Shown: positions 20,029 to 30,544 of the stretch, in pieces
How positions within the stretch are numbered: the first letter of the stretch is position 1
Layout: each line of letters opens with the position of its first letter
The notes under the pieces: model-generated
What the model was told of the DNA's origin: nothing
The model's database searches: none
What the model saw: only the letters and a program-made list of their open reading frames with translations
Program-made: the position numbers and the translations under genes
From: Candidatus Latescibacterota bacterium
GTDB lineage: Bacteria > Latescibacterota > UBA2968 > UBA8231
DNA length: 64,000 bases
Assembly: GCA_965248265.1 (NCBI GenBank)
Contig: CBDFJF010000001.1
Span: 2,176,001-2,240,000 of the forward strand
Direction: 5' to 3'

Positions 20029-20781
20029 TTACGCAGTCTCCGGTGGCAGGCACAGAGCCCAACGAAACCCCCAGCGCCAGCTCAACGACGATGGGCTGGC
20101 GCCTGCGGCACGCGAGAGTTCCTCAAGTTCGTGGCGGCGAAACCCGCGCAGAACGCTCAGCGGCCCGTCATGGCGGACAAACTTGCTGGCCGAGAACAGA
20201 GCCGATCCCAGACGGACGGACCAGTAAGCCAGCGGATGACGATGCAGGTCGTTGACGATTACGCCTACTCTGGCCAGCCCACGGAAGGTTCGCAGAATCA
20301 TGGCCGCTTCTTGGTCATCAAAGTGATGCAGAAACAGAGAGCTGTGAACGATGTCGAAGCTGGCCGGCCGAAACGGCACTCGGAAGACATCTCCGGCCAC
20401 GACGGCCGCTGCGACAACGGCCGGCGTTCCGGGGGGCAAATCCGTGTCGGCGACTCGCCTCAACAGGACCCGAGCACGGGCACAGGTGAAGGTGTTGATG
20501 TCCATGGATACTACCTGAAGAGACCGACCTGCCCGTCTCGACCAACGCTCCATCTCGACAGCGGTATCGGCTCCCCCGGCTCCGACATCCAGCACCGTCA
20601 ACTCCCGGCTCTTTGGTTCCGCGCGCAGCAGCTGCTCGATGCTGAGAATGCTGGCCCTGTGCCCCCCGAGGTGGCGGTTGATGATCTCGAGCTCTCGCAG
20701 AGCGTCATGGAGGACATCCCCGGCGATGTCCGGCTCATCCATGTACTCATGCCCGCGAGCGCGGGCGCCATAGCGGCTCAT
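20029..20781 (-). CDS. SAM-dependent methyltransferase associated with type III PKS
   Basis: EYMDEP, VLDVGAGGAD, SLFLHHF, VNDLHRH, HDGPLSVLRGF. Confidence 0.88.
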   Translation of the reverse strand: MSRYGARARGHEYMDEPDIAGDVLHDALRELEIINRHLGGHRASILSIEQLLRAEPKSRELTVLDVGAGGADTAVEMERWSRRAGRSLQVVSMDINTFTCARARVLLRRVADTDLPPGTPAVVAAAVVAGDVFRVPFRPASFDIVHSSLFLHHFDDQEAAMILRTFRGLARVGVIVNDLHRHPLAYWSVRLGSALFSASKFVRHDGPLSVLRGFRRHELEELSRAAGASPSSLSWRWGFRWALCLPPETA

Positions 20782-20782
20782 G

Positions 20783-21880
20783 TCAGCGCGTGAAGCGCAT
20801 GCCCTCGATGCTGAGTCCCGGTCCGAAGCTCAGCGCCGCGCCAGTGCCGCCCTGCTCCATAGCACGCAGCGTACGCTCCAGCACGAACAGAACCGTCGGC
20901 GACGACATGTTCCCGAAGTCACGCAGTACACTTCTTGAACCATCTACCATTGCTGCCGGCAATCGCAGCGCTTCCTGAGCCGCATCCAGAATCGCCGGCC
21001 CACCCGGGTGGATGGCCCAGTGGGGATTCTCCTCCCGCTCTGGCGCCAATAGCTGCTGGGCGAAAGCGGGCAAACTCTTGGCCAGCACCCTCGGCGTGCC
21101 AGAGTCCAGTCCCATGCTGAAGGCGGCGTTGTCGATGCGCCAGGTGAGAAAGTCAGCGCTGTCTTCGAGCACACACGATTCGAAGCCTCGAATGCGTGCA
21201 TGACTCCCGTCGATACAATCCGGATTGGAGCTCAGGATCGCGGCCGCGGCACCATCCGCGAACAGGCAGTTGGCCACCAGATCCTCATCCATGTCCGAGT
21301 TGCGAAAATGCAGGGAACACAACTCAGCACATACCAGCAGTACTCTTGCGGCCGGCTCGCTGCGGCAGAAGGCGTCGGCGACCTGCAGGCCGTGCAGTGC
21401 CGCCTGGCATCCCATGAAGCCGATTTGCAGTCGTCGCAGATCGGTGCGCAAACCGAGCGCCCGTGCCACCTGCTGATCCGGTCCCGGGGCAACAAAACCG
21501 GTACAGGTGGCGAAGACCAGGTGCGTGATCTGTGCGGCGGCCGTTGCCGTTCGCTCCAACGCGGACTCGCAAGCCCGCACGGCCAGCGGTACCACTTCAC
21601 GCTCGTAGCGCTGCATGCGTTCGGCCAGAGTCATGTGTGCCGCCGTTATAGCCGATCCGTCCGCGAACTCTGAACAACAACTGTAGCGGGATTCGATTCC
21701 CGAGCGTCTGTAGAGGTAGTCGATGCGGCGTTCGAGCAGGCGCTTTTGCTGTGGCGATCGCCGTTCGTCACCAGCACCTTCAAGATGAACTCGCTTCATG
21801 AAACGGGCGGCCTCGTCCTGAGCTATGCGGTATCGCGGCACTGCAGTTGCGATTCCCAGCAACAGGGTCTCCGGCTTCAC
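20783..21880 (-). CDS. Type III polyketide synthase
   Basis: Catalytic triad GFMGCQA / AIHPGG / FGNMSS; TCTG, ELCSLH, LFADGAAA, SFGPGL. Confidence 0.95.
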   Translation of the reverse strand: MKPETLLLGIATAVPRYRIAQDEAARFMKRVHLEGAGDERRSPQQKRLLERRIDYLYRRSGIESRYSCCSEFADGSAITAAHMTLAERMQRYEREVVPLAVRACESALERTATAAAQITHLVFATCTGFVAPGPDQQVARALGLRTDLRRLQIGFMGCQAALHGLQVADAFCRSEPAARVLLVCAELCSLHFRNSDMDEDLVANCLFADGAAAAILSSNPDCIDGSHARIRGFESCVLEDSADFLTWRIDNAAFSMGLDSGTPRVLAKSLPAFAQQLLAPEREENPHWAIHPGGPAILDAAQEALRLPAAMVDGSRSVLRDFGNMSSPTVLFVLERTLRAMEQGGTGAALSFGPGLSIEGMRFTR

Positions 21881-23265
21881 TGCTCGACCCCGATCCTTGT
21901 CTGTTTGCGTCGATCGAGCTCGGCTCCAATAGCAGGCAACATCCGGCGCAACTGACGTCGCACCACCACGGCTGCGATGAAAGACGGAACGAAAGCAGGT
22001 GGTTCGATGGCGGCGGCGTAGTCAACACGGGTCCCGCCGCGATCTGAGCTGAAATCCCAGGTACCGGAGAATCGGTCCACCGCCCCCTCGACCATGTGGA
22101 AGTGCAGTCGTTGCGGCAGCTGCTCCAGGAACTCCAGGGTCACGGCGAAACGAATCGGCACGACGAAGCGGCTGTTTACGCCTTGGCGCACCCTCGCAAC
22201 GCTGTCGCTGCGCGCCAGCACCACACTGCTCTCCACATTGGGCATGAAAGCGCTCAGACTTTCGTAGTCCGTCATCAACGCCCAGACCTCTCCGGGCGAG
22301 CAATCAAGCCACAGCGACGCCTGCACCGACACCACTCCGTCCTCCTGCGTCACCTTGAGCTCCGGTTCGGTGTGGGGTTGGTCCTGACTCGCCCCGGCGT
22401 ACTGGGCCAGGATAAGCAGCCAGAACACGGCGGCCATCAACGCACTCAGGCGAAACGACCAGTTGCCGTTTTCGTACACAGTGCGCTTGCCGAACCCGCG
22501 CTGCCATGATCTGAGGAGAACCAGGAAAGCGACCAGGAAAGCTGCCATGCCCGTTCCCCAGACCACTTCCACCCGTCCCGTCGCAATCGACAGCGCCAGA
22601 GCGAGGAGGCCGCAGGCAGTGAAGATGAAAGCGAGGCGGAAAACCGTGGCCGTGCCGAAACGCACCGCGAAGGTGATGTCGCCGCGCGCTCGATCCTCGT
22701 CTTGCTGGTACACCTGGGTCAGCGGATAAAGCGCCGTGATCACGGAGACACTGATCAGCCCCAGGGCAACCCGCTCCACCGAATTTAAATCGGGGCGCCA
22801 CCCCCCTCCTGCCATAACCCCCATGAAGAACGGCAGCAGCCCCTGCCCACAGGCCACGAGGACGAGCCCGAAAAGGGCGCGCGCCTTCCACCGCCAACGC
22901 GGGTGCGAGTACCCGACTCCCATCAGCAACATCACGAAGCCGAGCAGTCCCAGCTTCAGGTCCACGAAAAAACCCATGACCAGAACGGCAGCGCACTGCA
23001 AGCCGAGACCACCCCACAATTCCATTTGGCTTACCGCCGGCGGGTGTAGCAGGCCTCCCACCGGGCCCTCGTCGCGATCGTAGTAGCTGTTGTAGGCGGT
23101 AGCGCCGCCGTACAGCCCCACGTGCAACAGCAGGAATACCAGCACGAAGTGGCCATCCGGCTGTGCACCGGATGCCCAGTACCCGAGCAGGAAGACCGGG
23201 GCGAGCACCAACTGAAAGTGCAATCGCAGATGTTTGAGGAAGTCGAGCACGGAGCCGCGTCGCAA
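21877..23265 (-). CDS. UbiA family prenyltransferase fused to a C-terminal SRPBCC/START (polyketide cyclase-like) domain
   Basis: NSYYDRDEG and TQVYQQDEDRARGD acidic motifs within TM helices, then VWALMTDYESLSAFMPNV...FSGTW...GTRVDY. Confidence 0.85.
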   Translation of the reverse strand: MRRGSVLDFLKHLRLHFQLVLAPVFLLGYWASGAQPDGHFVLVFLLLHVGLYGGATAYNSYYDRDEGPVGGLLHPPAVSQMELWGGLGLQCAAVLVMGFFVDLKLGLLGFVMLLMGVGYSHPRWRWKARALFGLVLVACGQGLLPFFMGVMAGGGWRPDLNSVERVALGLISVSVITALYPLTQVYQQDEDRARGDITFAVRFGTATVFRLAFIFTACGLLALALSIATGRVEVVWGTGMAAFLVAFLVLLRSWQRGFGKRTVYENGNWSFRLSALMAAVFWLLILAQYAGASQDQPHTEPELKVTQEDGVVSVQASLWLDCSPGEVWALMTDYESLSAFMPNVESSVVLARSDSVARVRQGVNSRFVVPIRFAVTLEFLEQLPQRLHFHMVEGAVDRFSGTWDFSSDRGGTRVDYAAAIEPPAFVPSFIAAVVVRRQLRRMLPAIGAELDRRKQTRIGVEQ

Positions 23266-23267
23266 GG

Positions 23268-23870
23268 CTACGGGGTGTTGTATGCCGCGCCGAATTCGGC
23301 ACGGTGCAGGACATGGTACTCCGCGCCCGCCGGCGTCAGGTCGCTGTGCAACAGCGTCATTCCCGTTATTTGAAAGCGTTGCTCGGGTACCCTGGGTGGG
23401 CCGTTTTCGCCGAAACGGCCGCGTTGTCCACGACCGCGGACTCGCGCCAGCGTGATATGCGGCTTGAACACTTGCCGCTGGCGTTGCCAGCCCAACCGCC
23501 GGGCCAAACGCTCCACCTGTTTTTGCAGCGGCAGCAGCACCTGATCGTCTCCCTCTTCGCCCACACTGACCCAGATGGCCTGACCCCTGCGCAGTGTCGG
23601 AAATCCTCCGAGCTCTCCGGGGACCGCATCGAATGAAGCCTGCTGTTGGGCGATTCCGTCCATTCCGGAGATCAGCTCGGTCACGTTTCCCTGTTGGGTG
23701 TCACCCAGAAAACGCAGGGTCAAATGGAGGTTGTCTGCCTTCACCCATCGTAGAGCTCCTTCCGGCCAGAACGGCTGCAACTGTCTAGCCCAGTCCGACA
23801 GCTGCACTCGAACCGTTGTCGGCAGCTCGAGAGCGATGAATGTGCGGATCGTTTCCGGATCCTTATCGAT
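23268..23870 (-). CDS. thpR: RNA 2',3'-cyclic phosphodiesterase (2H family)
   Basis: HLTL and HITL 2H motifs, SDLTPAGAEY; the conserved IRTFIAL N-terminus lies upstream of the first canonical start, implying an ATC/ATT start near 23870. Confidence 0.88.
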   Translation of the reverse strand: MDKDPETIRTFIALELPTTVRVQLSDWARQLQPFWPEGALRWVKADNLHLTLRFLGDTQQGNVTELISGMDGIAQQQASFDAVPGELGGFPTLRRGQAIWVSVGEEGDDQVLLPLQKQVERLARRLGWQRQRQVFKPHITLARVRGRGQRGRFGENGPPRVPEQRFQITGMTLLHSDLTPAGAEYHVLHRAEFGAAYNTP

Positions 23871-24054
23871 AATAGTACCTCGTGCAACGATATTCTTGCG
23901 TCAGCCTATATCATTGTGGACGCGTTGGTTCAATAAGTAGGACGGACTCAGGATTAGGGTCAATCGCGTTAGCTCCATTCTGCTTGCTCCGGTCACACCC
24001 CCCAACTACATTGAAAGATTCTCCCAGCCGTTAATCCCGAATAGATACCTATCT

Positions 24055-27000
24055 ATGGACCCAGGCCACATCTGCGTCAGAGGCGCCCGAGTTCATAACC
24101 TCAAGGACGTCAGTCTCGAACTACCCAAGAACCAGCTGATCTGCTTCACCGGCGTCAGCGGGTCGGGCAAGTCTTCGATGGCGTTTGACACCCTCTATGC
24201 GGAGGGGCAGCGCCGGTACGTGGCGTCGCTGTCAGCCTACGCCCGTCAGTTCCTCGGCCAGATGGAAAAGCCGGATGTCGACCAGATCGAGGGCCTGGCA
24301 CCGACCATCTCCATCTCCCAGAAATCGGGTGGCCACAACCCGCGCTCCACCGTCGGCACGATCACGGAGGTCTACGACTATCTGCGGGTGTTGTTTGCCC
24401 GCTGCGGTACCCCTCACTGCGTGGAGTGTGACAGTGAGATTGGTGCCCAGACCAGGGACCAGATCGTCAGCCGCATCGCCGCCTTGCCGGCCAAGAGTCG
24501 CATCCACGTGATGGCCCCGGTCGTCCAGGAACGCAAGGGCGAATATCATGAACTCTTCGATGACCTGCTCAAGGACGGCTACCTGCGCGTGCGCGTCGAC
24601 GGACAGCAATTCAGTCTGGAGCAACCTCCCGACCTCGACCGCTACAGCCGTCATACGATAGAAGTCGTCATCGACCGCTTGGTCATCAAGCCATCCATCG
24701 GTCCCCGCCTTGAGGAGGCCGTCGATGGAGCCCTGCGCATGGGCGACGGTTCACTGATCGTCCAGGTGGATGAGTCGGCGCAAGACTGGCTGCTAAGCGC
24801 CAACTTCGATTGTCCCTCCTGCGGTATTTCCTACCAGGAACCGACACCGCAGATGTTCTCGTTCAACAATCCGCAGGGAATGTGTCCGGATTGCGGTGGC
24901 CTCGGCAGCAAGGTGGTGATGAGTGAACGCTTGATCGTTCCGGATGAAAGCAAATCCATCATGGCCGGCGCCGTGGAGCCCCTCGGTAACGTCACCAGCA
25001 ATCGGTGGCGTCTCCATCTCTACGAAGGCATTGCCGAGCACCTTGGATTCTCCCTCGACACCCCGTGGAAGAAGCTGTCCCGCGAGCACCGAGACCGTTT
25101 TCTGCATGGAATGGGCGCCGAGAAGATCGAGTTCACCTACACCAACCAGAACGGCTATTCCTGGAGTCACAACGACCGCTACGACGGGGCGTTGCAGTAC
25201 CTGGAGGAGCGTTTTCACTCCTCCAACGCGAGGGCGCGTCGCGAGCTTGCCGGCTACGCGCGTTCCGAAATTTGTCCCACCTGCACTGGCGGACGACTGA
25301 AGAAGCAGGCTCTGGCTGTCACCATCGATGGAGAGCCACTGCCACGGTTGACGGGACTGTCGATCGAGCGCTGCCGGCACTTTTTCGACCAGCTGGAGCT
25401 TGATGGCAACAAGGCCCTGATCGCCGAGGACGCCCTCAAGGAGATCCGCGGACGCCTTGCGCTGCTCGTCGACATCGGCCTCAGTTACCTGACCCTGGAC
25501 CGGGGCGCCCACACCCTCTCGGGTGGCGAGTCGCAACGGATCCGCCTGGCCAGCCAGATCGGCTCGGGTCTGGTCGGCGTGCTCTACGTACTGGACGAGC
25601 CTTCTATCGGATTACACAATCGAGATAATCAGAAGCTGCTCGGCACCTTGCGGCGGCTGCGCGACGTCGGCAACACCGTCGTCGTCGTCGAGCACGATGA
25701 AGACACCATGCGCCAGGCCGATCTCCTCGTCGATTTCGGGCCAGGGGCCGGGGATCGCGGCGGCCATCTGGTCACCAGCGGGACTCCGGAGGAGGTCACC
25801 CAATGCCGCGAGTCGCAAACCGCCAGCTACCTGACGGGCGAGTCGCGCATCGAGATCCCAAGCCAGCGCCGCACCCTGCAACCCGATCGCTTCCTCACCG
25901 TGGTCGGGGCTCGGCACAATAACCTCAAGGACCTCACCGTACGCCTGCCCCTGTCCGTTTTCACCTGTGTGACCGGAGTGTCTGGATCGGGAAAGAGTTC
26001 ACTCGTCAACGACATCCTCTTCAAAGCCCTCGATCGCGATCTCCACAACGCCTTGACCGAACCGGGCGACCACGACGATATCCAGAACGTGGAGCACCTC
26101 GACAAGGTAATCCGCATCGACCAGAAGCCGATCGGGCGCACACCCCGTTCCAACCCGGCGACCTACACCGATGCCCTGACACCGATTCGGCAGTTGTTCG
26201 CGCAGCTGCCCGATGCTCGCCTCCGGGGATACAAGCAAGGTCGCTTCAGCTTCAATGTCGCCGGGGGACGCTGCGAAGCCTGCGACGGCAATGGTGCCAA
26301 TCTGGTGCAAATGGAGTTCCTCGCGGATGTCTGGGTTACCTGCGAAATCTGTGAAGGCCGGCGCTTCAACCGCGAGACCCTGACCATCAAGTTCAGGGAT
26401 CACTCGATCGCCGACATCCTCAATCTTGAGGTCGAAGAGGCTACGACACTGTTCGAGAATGTCCCCCACGTGAAGCGCGTGCTGCAGACTCTGTGCGACG
26501 TCGGACTCGGCTACATCAAGCTCGGACAACCAGCCCCCACCCTCTCCGGAGGCGAAGCGCAACGAGTGAAGCTGGCCAAGGAGCTATGCCGTGCCAGCAC
26601 CGGCCGCACCCTCTACCTGCTGGACGAACCGACAACTGGTCTACACTTCTCCGACATCGAGAAACTGCTACGCATCTTGCACACCTTCGTCGACCAGGGG
26701 AATACCGTCGTCGTTATCGAGCATAACATGGAGGTGATCAAGACCGCCGATCACCTCATCGATATGGGACCCGAAGGAGGCGAGGAGGGAGGCCTGGTGC
26801 TGGCCTCGGGCACACCCGAAGAGATCGCCGCCGTCCCCGGGTCGCACACCGGCCAGGCTCTGGTCTCAGCACTCGCCCCCGCGACATCCCGCAAGGCCGC
26901 CGCCAGGAAAAAACGCACCGGGCACACCAACGAGAAACCAAAAGCAGGTGGCAACGGATCCAATGGGAGCAATGGCTGGATCCGTGAAATCGAGGTCGTG

Positions 27001-29796
27001 GGAGCTCGCATGCACAACCTGCGTGACGTCGACGTCCGCATTCCACGGGACCAGATGACGGTCGTTTCCGGGGTCAGCGGCTCGGGCAAATCATCCCTCG
27101 CTTTTGATACGATTTATGCCGAGGGCCAGCGGCGTTATGTCGAATCCCTGTCGGCCTATGCGCGTCAGTTCCTGGCCCAGATGCAGAAACCGAAGGTCGA
27201 ACGCATCACCGGTCTATCGCCGGCCGTGGCCATCGAGCAGAAGAGCCCCAGTAAGAATCCGCGATCCACTGTCGGTACCATCACCGAGGTCAGCGATTAC
27301 ATCCGCGCCCTGTACGCGACCATCGGCGTCCAGCATTGTCCTCGCTGCGCCGTGCCGGTGGGAGCCCAGACGGTCCAGCACATGGTGGATCGTATTCTGC
27401 ACGAACCGGAGCGCCGCGTCATGGTGCTGGCCCCACTGGAACCGGTGCGCAACGAGGGCTACGAGGCCCTGTTGGCGCGTGCGCGCCGCGACGGCTTCGG
27501 CCGCGTCCGCATCGACGGCGAACTGCACGAGTTGAGCGAAGAGGACGTACAACTGGAGCGCCGGCATCGCCATCGGGTCGAAGTCGTCGTCGACCGCATC
27601 ATCGTCCGCCGGCGCGAACGGGCTCGTATTGCCGAGGCCGTGGAGCGTGCCCTGGAGCTGTCTGGTGGCGAGATAGTCATTGCCTCGATGGATGATGATT
27701 CGCAAACCTCACGCGAGGCTTCACAAGTGGAACGCTTCAGCCGGCGCTTTTCCTGTCCTTCTTGCGGTACCGGATTCGATGCCCTGGTCCCCCAGAGTTT
27801 CTCCTTCAATCACCGCGAGGGGATGTGTGAGATCTGCGAGGGACTCGGAGTCGGCGAAGGGGTGGACCGCGAGCTGTTGCTGCCCAACCGCCGCGTCTCC
27901 GTCCGTGACGGCGCGATTTCGGTTTGGGGTCCGATCGAGTCCGGTCGTTTCGGCGACTACCTGGAGGCCTGCGGCAGCGCCTTGGGATTCGATCTGGATA
28001 CCCCCATTGCCGAGCTGTCCACCGAAGGACAGCAGGCACTCCTCTACGGGGCTCCGGATCACTCCATCGAGATCGGCGGCGGCCTGCACCTGCGCTTCGC
28101 CGGGGTTTTTCCGACCGTTGACGAGTGCGCCCGTCACCACGTGAACCTCAAGAGTATGATGCAGGATGTGGCGTGCTCGGCGTGCCAGGGCAGTCGCCTG
28201 AAACCGGAGAGCCGCGCCGTCCACCTGCGCGAGCACACGATCGTCCAGTTGTTGTCGCAGCCGATCAGCGAGTGCCAGGCGTTTTTCGACCGCCTCGAGC
28301 TCGACGCCAAGGAGCAGGAAACCTCAGGCGAATTGCTCGGTGAGATCCGCAGCCGCCTGCATTTCCTCAACCGCGTTGGCCTCGGTTACATCTCACTGGA
28401 TCGACGCGCCGCCACACTTTCAGGTGGAGAGGCCCAACGCATCCGCCTCGCTGGCCAAATCGGCTCGGGGCTTACCGGCGTCCTTTACCTGTTGGATGAG
28501 CCCACCATCGGGCTTCATCCGCGGGACAACCGGCGACTCCTCGACGCGCTCGAGGAGCTCAAACAGCTCGGTAACACCGTGGTCATGGTGGAACACGACA
28601 GGGAAACGCTGGAAGCTGCCGACCATCTCATAGACCTGGGCCCCGGCGCAGGCACGGAGGGCGGGCACGTCGTCGCCAGCGGTCCGCCCGCCAAGGTGGC
28701 GAAGGCTCGCACGCGCACGGGGCAGTCGCTTACCGTCGACTACCTGCGGGGCAAGCTGAGCATTCCTTTGCCCAAGTCGCGCCGGCGACTGACCCGCGAC
28801 CATGAGATCCGCGTCATCGGCGCACGCCAGAACAACCTCAAGAATATCGATGTCGCTTTCCCTCTCGGGTTGATGATATGCGTCACCGGCGTCTCGGGGT
28901 CGGGCAAGAGCTCTCTGGTCGAGGAGGTTCTTCACAAGGGGCTGGCGTCAGCGTTGCAGCGCTCAAAGGGAGGCACCGGCGGGGGCGAGTATGATGAGAT
29001 CCGGGGTTTGGACCTGGTCGACAAAGTCATAAACATCGATCAAGCTCCGATCGGTCACTCGCCGCGCAGCACCCCGGCCACCGTCATGGGTGTCTTCGAT
29101 CAGGTCCGACAGCTCTTCGCCCGTCTGCCGGAAGCGTTGGTGCGTGGTTTCAAACCGGGTCGCTTCAGCTTCAATCGGGCTGGCGGACGTTGTGAGTCGT
29201 GTGAAGGTCTGGGATCGCGATGCATCGAGATGCACTTTCTGCCGGATGTCTGGGTGCGATGCGAAGCCTGCATGGGCCAGCGTTACGCCAACGAAATTCT
29301 CCAGGTCCGCTTCAAAGGCCACTCCATTGCCGCCGTCCTGGAGATGACGGTGAGCTCAAACCTGAAACTGTTCGCCAACGTCAACGGCGTTCGTGAACGC
29401 CTGCAGGTGATGGAGGATGTCGGTCTCGGCTACATGTCACTGGGTCAGTCTTCGACCACGCTCTCGGGGGGTGAAGCGCAACGACTGAAGCTGGCGGCGG
29501 AGCTGGCGCGGCCGGACACCGGCAACACCTTCTACATCATGGACGAGCCTACGACGGGGTTGCATTTCGCCGACATCCAGAAACTATTGCTCGTCGTCGA
29601 GCGTCTCGTCCAGGGTGGCAACACCGTCGTCATCGTCGAGCACAACATCGATGTCATCAAAACAGCCGACCATGTCATCGACATGGGTCCCGAAGGCGGC
29701 GATGCCGGCGGCCGCATCGTCACCAGCGGCACGCCGGAAAAGGTCGCGCGCAGCAAGCGCTCGCACACCGGTAAGATCCTGAGTGAAATCCTGTGA
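24055..29796 (+). CDS. uvrA: Excinuclease ABC subunit A, tandem double UvrA (1913 aa)
   Basis: Four GVSGSGKSS Walker A motifs, four LSGGE signatures, DTLYAEGQRRY and DTIYAEGQRRY, multiple CxxC zinc fingers. Confidence 0.96.
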   Translation: MDPGHICVRGARVHNLKDVSLELPKNQLICFTGVSGSGKSSMAFDTLYAEGQRRYVASLSAYARQFLGQMEKPDVDQIEGLAPTISISQKSGGHNPRSTVGTITEVYDYLRVLFARCGTPHCVECDSEIGAQTRDQIVSRIAALPAKSRIHVMAPVVQERKGEYHELFDDLLKDGYLRVRVDGQQFSLEQPPDLDRYSRHTIEVVIDRLVIKPSIGPRLEEAVDGALRMGDGSLIVQVDESAQDWLLSANFDCPSCGISYQEPTPQMFSFNNPQGMCPDCGGLGSKVVMSERLIVPDESKSIMAGAVEPLGNVTSNRWRLHLYEGIAEHLGFSLDTPWKKLSREHRDRFLHGMGAEKIEFTYTNQNGYSWSHNDRYDGALQYLEERFHSSNARARRELAGYARSEICPTCTGGRLKKQALAVTIDGEPLPRLTGLSIERCRHFFDQLELDGNKALIAEDALKEIRGRLALLVDIGLSYLTLDRGAHTLSGGESQRIRLASQIGSGLVGVLYVLDEPSIGLHNRDNQKLLGTLRRLRDVGNTVVVVEHDEDTMRQADLLVDFGPGAGDRGGHLVTSGTPEEVTQCRESQTASYLTGESRIEIPSQRRTLQPDRFLTVVGARHNNLKDLTVRLPLSVFTCVTGVSGSGKSSLVNDILFKALDRDLHNALTEPGDHDDIQNVEHLDKVIRIDQKPIGRTPRSNPATYTDALTPIRQLFAQLPDARLRGYKQGRFSFNVAGGRCEACDGNGANLVQMEFLADVWVTCEICEGRRFNRETLTIKFRDHSIADILNLEVEEATTLFENVPHVKRVLQTLCDVGLGYIKLGQPAPTLSGGEAQRVKLAKELCRASTGRTLYLLDEPTTGLHFSDIEKLLRILHTFVDQGNTVVVIEHNMEVIKTADHLIDMGPEGGEEGGLVLASGTPEEIAAVPGSHTGQALVSALAPATSRKAAARKKRTGHTNEKPKAGGNGSNGSNGWIREIEVVGARMHNLRDVDVRIPRDQMTVVSGVSGSGKSSLAFDTIYAEGQRRYVESLSAYARQFLAQMQKPKVERITGLSPAVAIEQKSPSKNPRSTVGTITEVSDYIRALYATIGVQHCPRCAVPVGAQTVQHMVDRILHEPERRVMVLAPLEPVRNEGYEALLARARRDGFGRVRIDGELHELSEEDVQLERRHRHRVEVVVDRIIVRRRERARIAEAVERALELSGGEIVIASMDDDSQTSREASQVERFSRRFSCPSCGTGFDALVPQSFSFNHREGMCEICEGLGVGEGVDRELLLPNRRVSVRDGAISVWGPIESGRFGDYLEACGSALGFDLDTPIAELSTEGQQALLYGAPDHSIEIGGGLHLRFAGVFPTVDECARHHVNLKSMMQDVACSACQGSRLKPESRAVHLREHTIVQLLSQPISECQAFFDRLELDAKEQETSGELLGEIRSRLHFLNRVGLGYISLDRRAATLSGGEAQRIRLAGQIGSGLTGVLYLLDEPTIGLHPRDNRRLLDALEELKQLGNTVVMVEHDRETLEAADHLIDLGPGAGTEGGHVVASGPPAKVAKARTRTGQSLTVDYLRGKLSIPLPKSRRRLTRDHEIRVIGARQNNLKNIDVAFPLGLMICVTGVSGSGKSSLVEEVLHKGLASALQRSKGGTGGGEYDEIRGLDLVDKVINIDQAPIGHSPRSTPATVMGVFDQVRQLFARLPEALVRGFKPGRFSFNRAGGRCESCEGLGSRCIEMHFLPDVWVRCEACMGQRYANEILQVRFKGHSIAAVLEMTVSSNLKLFANVNGVRERLQVMEDVGLGYMSLGQSSTTLSGGEAQRLKLAAELARPDTGNTFYIMDEPTTGLHFADIQKLLLVVERLVQGGNTVVIVEHNIDVIKTADHVIDMGPEGGDAGGRIVTSGTPEKVARSKRSHTGKILSEIL

Positions 29797-30479
29797 ACCT
29801 GCCGTCTCTGTCGCATCGCGCGTTCTTCGGGTTTTCCTTTGACTGCCACTACCGGGAAGAAGCCCCCCGCATCGACGCTGACCTCAAGGATTGGGAGCCC
29901 GAGTTGCGCGTGCCCGAGCTCTCCGGCATCGATGGCGGTCCGGCTGCGTTCGGCGAGCTCAGCATGGCCTGGAATGACGATGGCCTGTATTTCGCCCTCG
30001 AGGTCAAGGGCGGCAAGCCGGGCGGCAAGACGGGGTACAAAATCGACCCACGCAAGTACTGGCAGGGAGATTGTCTTGAAATGTGGATCGACACCCGTGA
30101 TGTCAAGGATGCCCACAGGGCCAACCGGTTTTGCCATCACTTCATCTTTTTGCCGGGAGGACAGGGCCGTGACGGCAAGAGTCCTATCGGACGCCAGACC
30201 TCCATCGACAAAGCCCGCGAGCAGGCCCCACCCTGTCCCGAGGAACTCATCCAGGTCGCGCTCAAACGCCTCAAACGCAGCTATCGCATGGAAATGCACC
30301 TGCCGGCGCCCGGCCTCAACGGTTTTCAACCACGCGAGTTCCAGCGCCTCGGTTTCAACTACATCCTCCACGACAGCGACCTGGGTGCACAGTCATGGTC
30401 AGTCAGTCGCGGCGCCATTCCACTTGTCCATGATCCCAGCACCTGGGGCAGCGTCGAACTGCTTTCGATAAATCCGTAA
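29793..30479 (+). CDS. CBM9-like/DOMON sugar-binding fold protein, cytoplasmic
   Basis: IDADLKDW, AWNDDGLYFA, GDCLEMWIDTR, LGFNY, PSTWG; overlaps the uvrA stop (GTGA). Confidence 0.65.
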   Translation: MNLPSLSHRAFFGFSFDCHYREEAPRIDADLKDWEPELRVPELSGIDGGPAAFGELSMAWNDDGLYFALEVKGGKPGGKTGYKIDPRKYWQGDCLEMWIDTRDVKDAHRANRFCHHFIFLPGGQGRDGKSPIGRQTSIDKAREQAPPCPEELIQVALKRLKRSYRMEMHLPAPGLNGFQPREFQRLGFNYILHDSDLGAQSWSVSRGAIPLVHDPSTWGSVELLSINP

Positions 30480-30544
30480 CAGCCTTAGATTTGGAGCGCC
30501 CTCCCTGAGCCAGCATTACCATCCTCCGCATCTCGAATTCGACC

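Noticed and set aside
19405-20793. 462-aa plus-strand ORF
   Set aside because: Antisense to well-supported PKS-cluster genes; no motifs; typical high-GC shadow.
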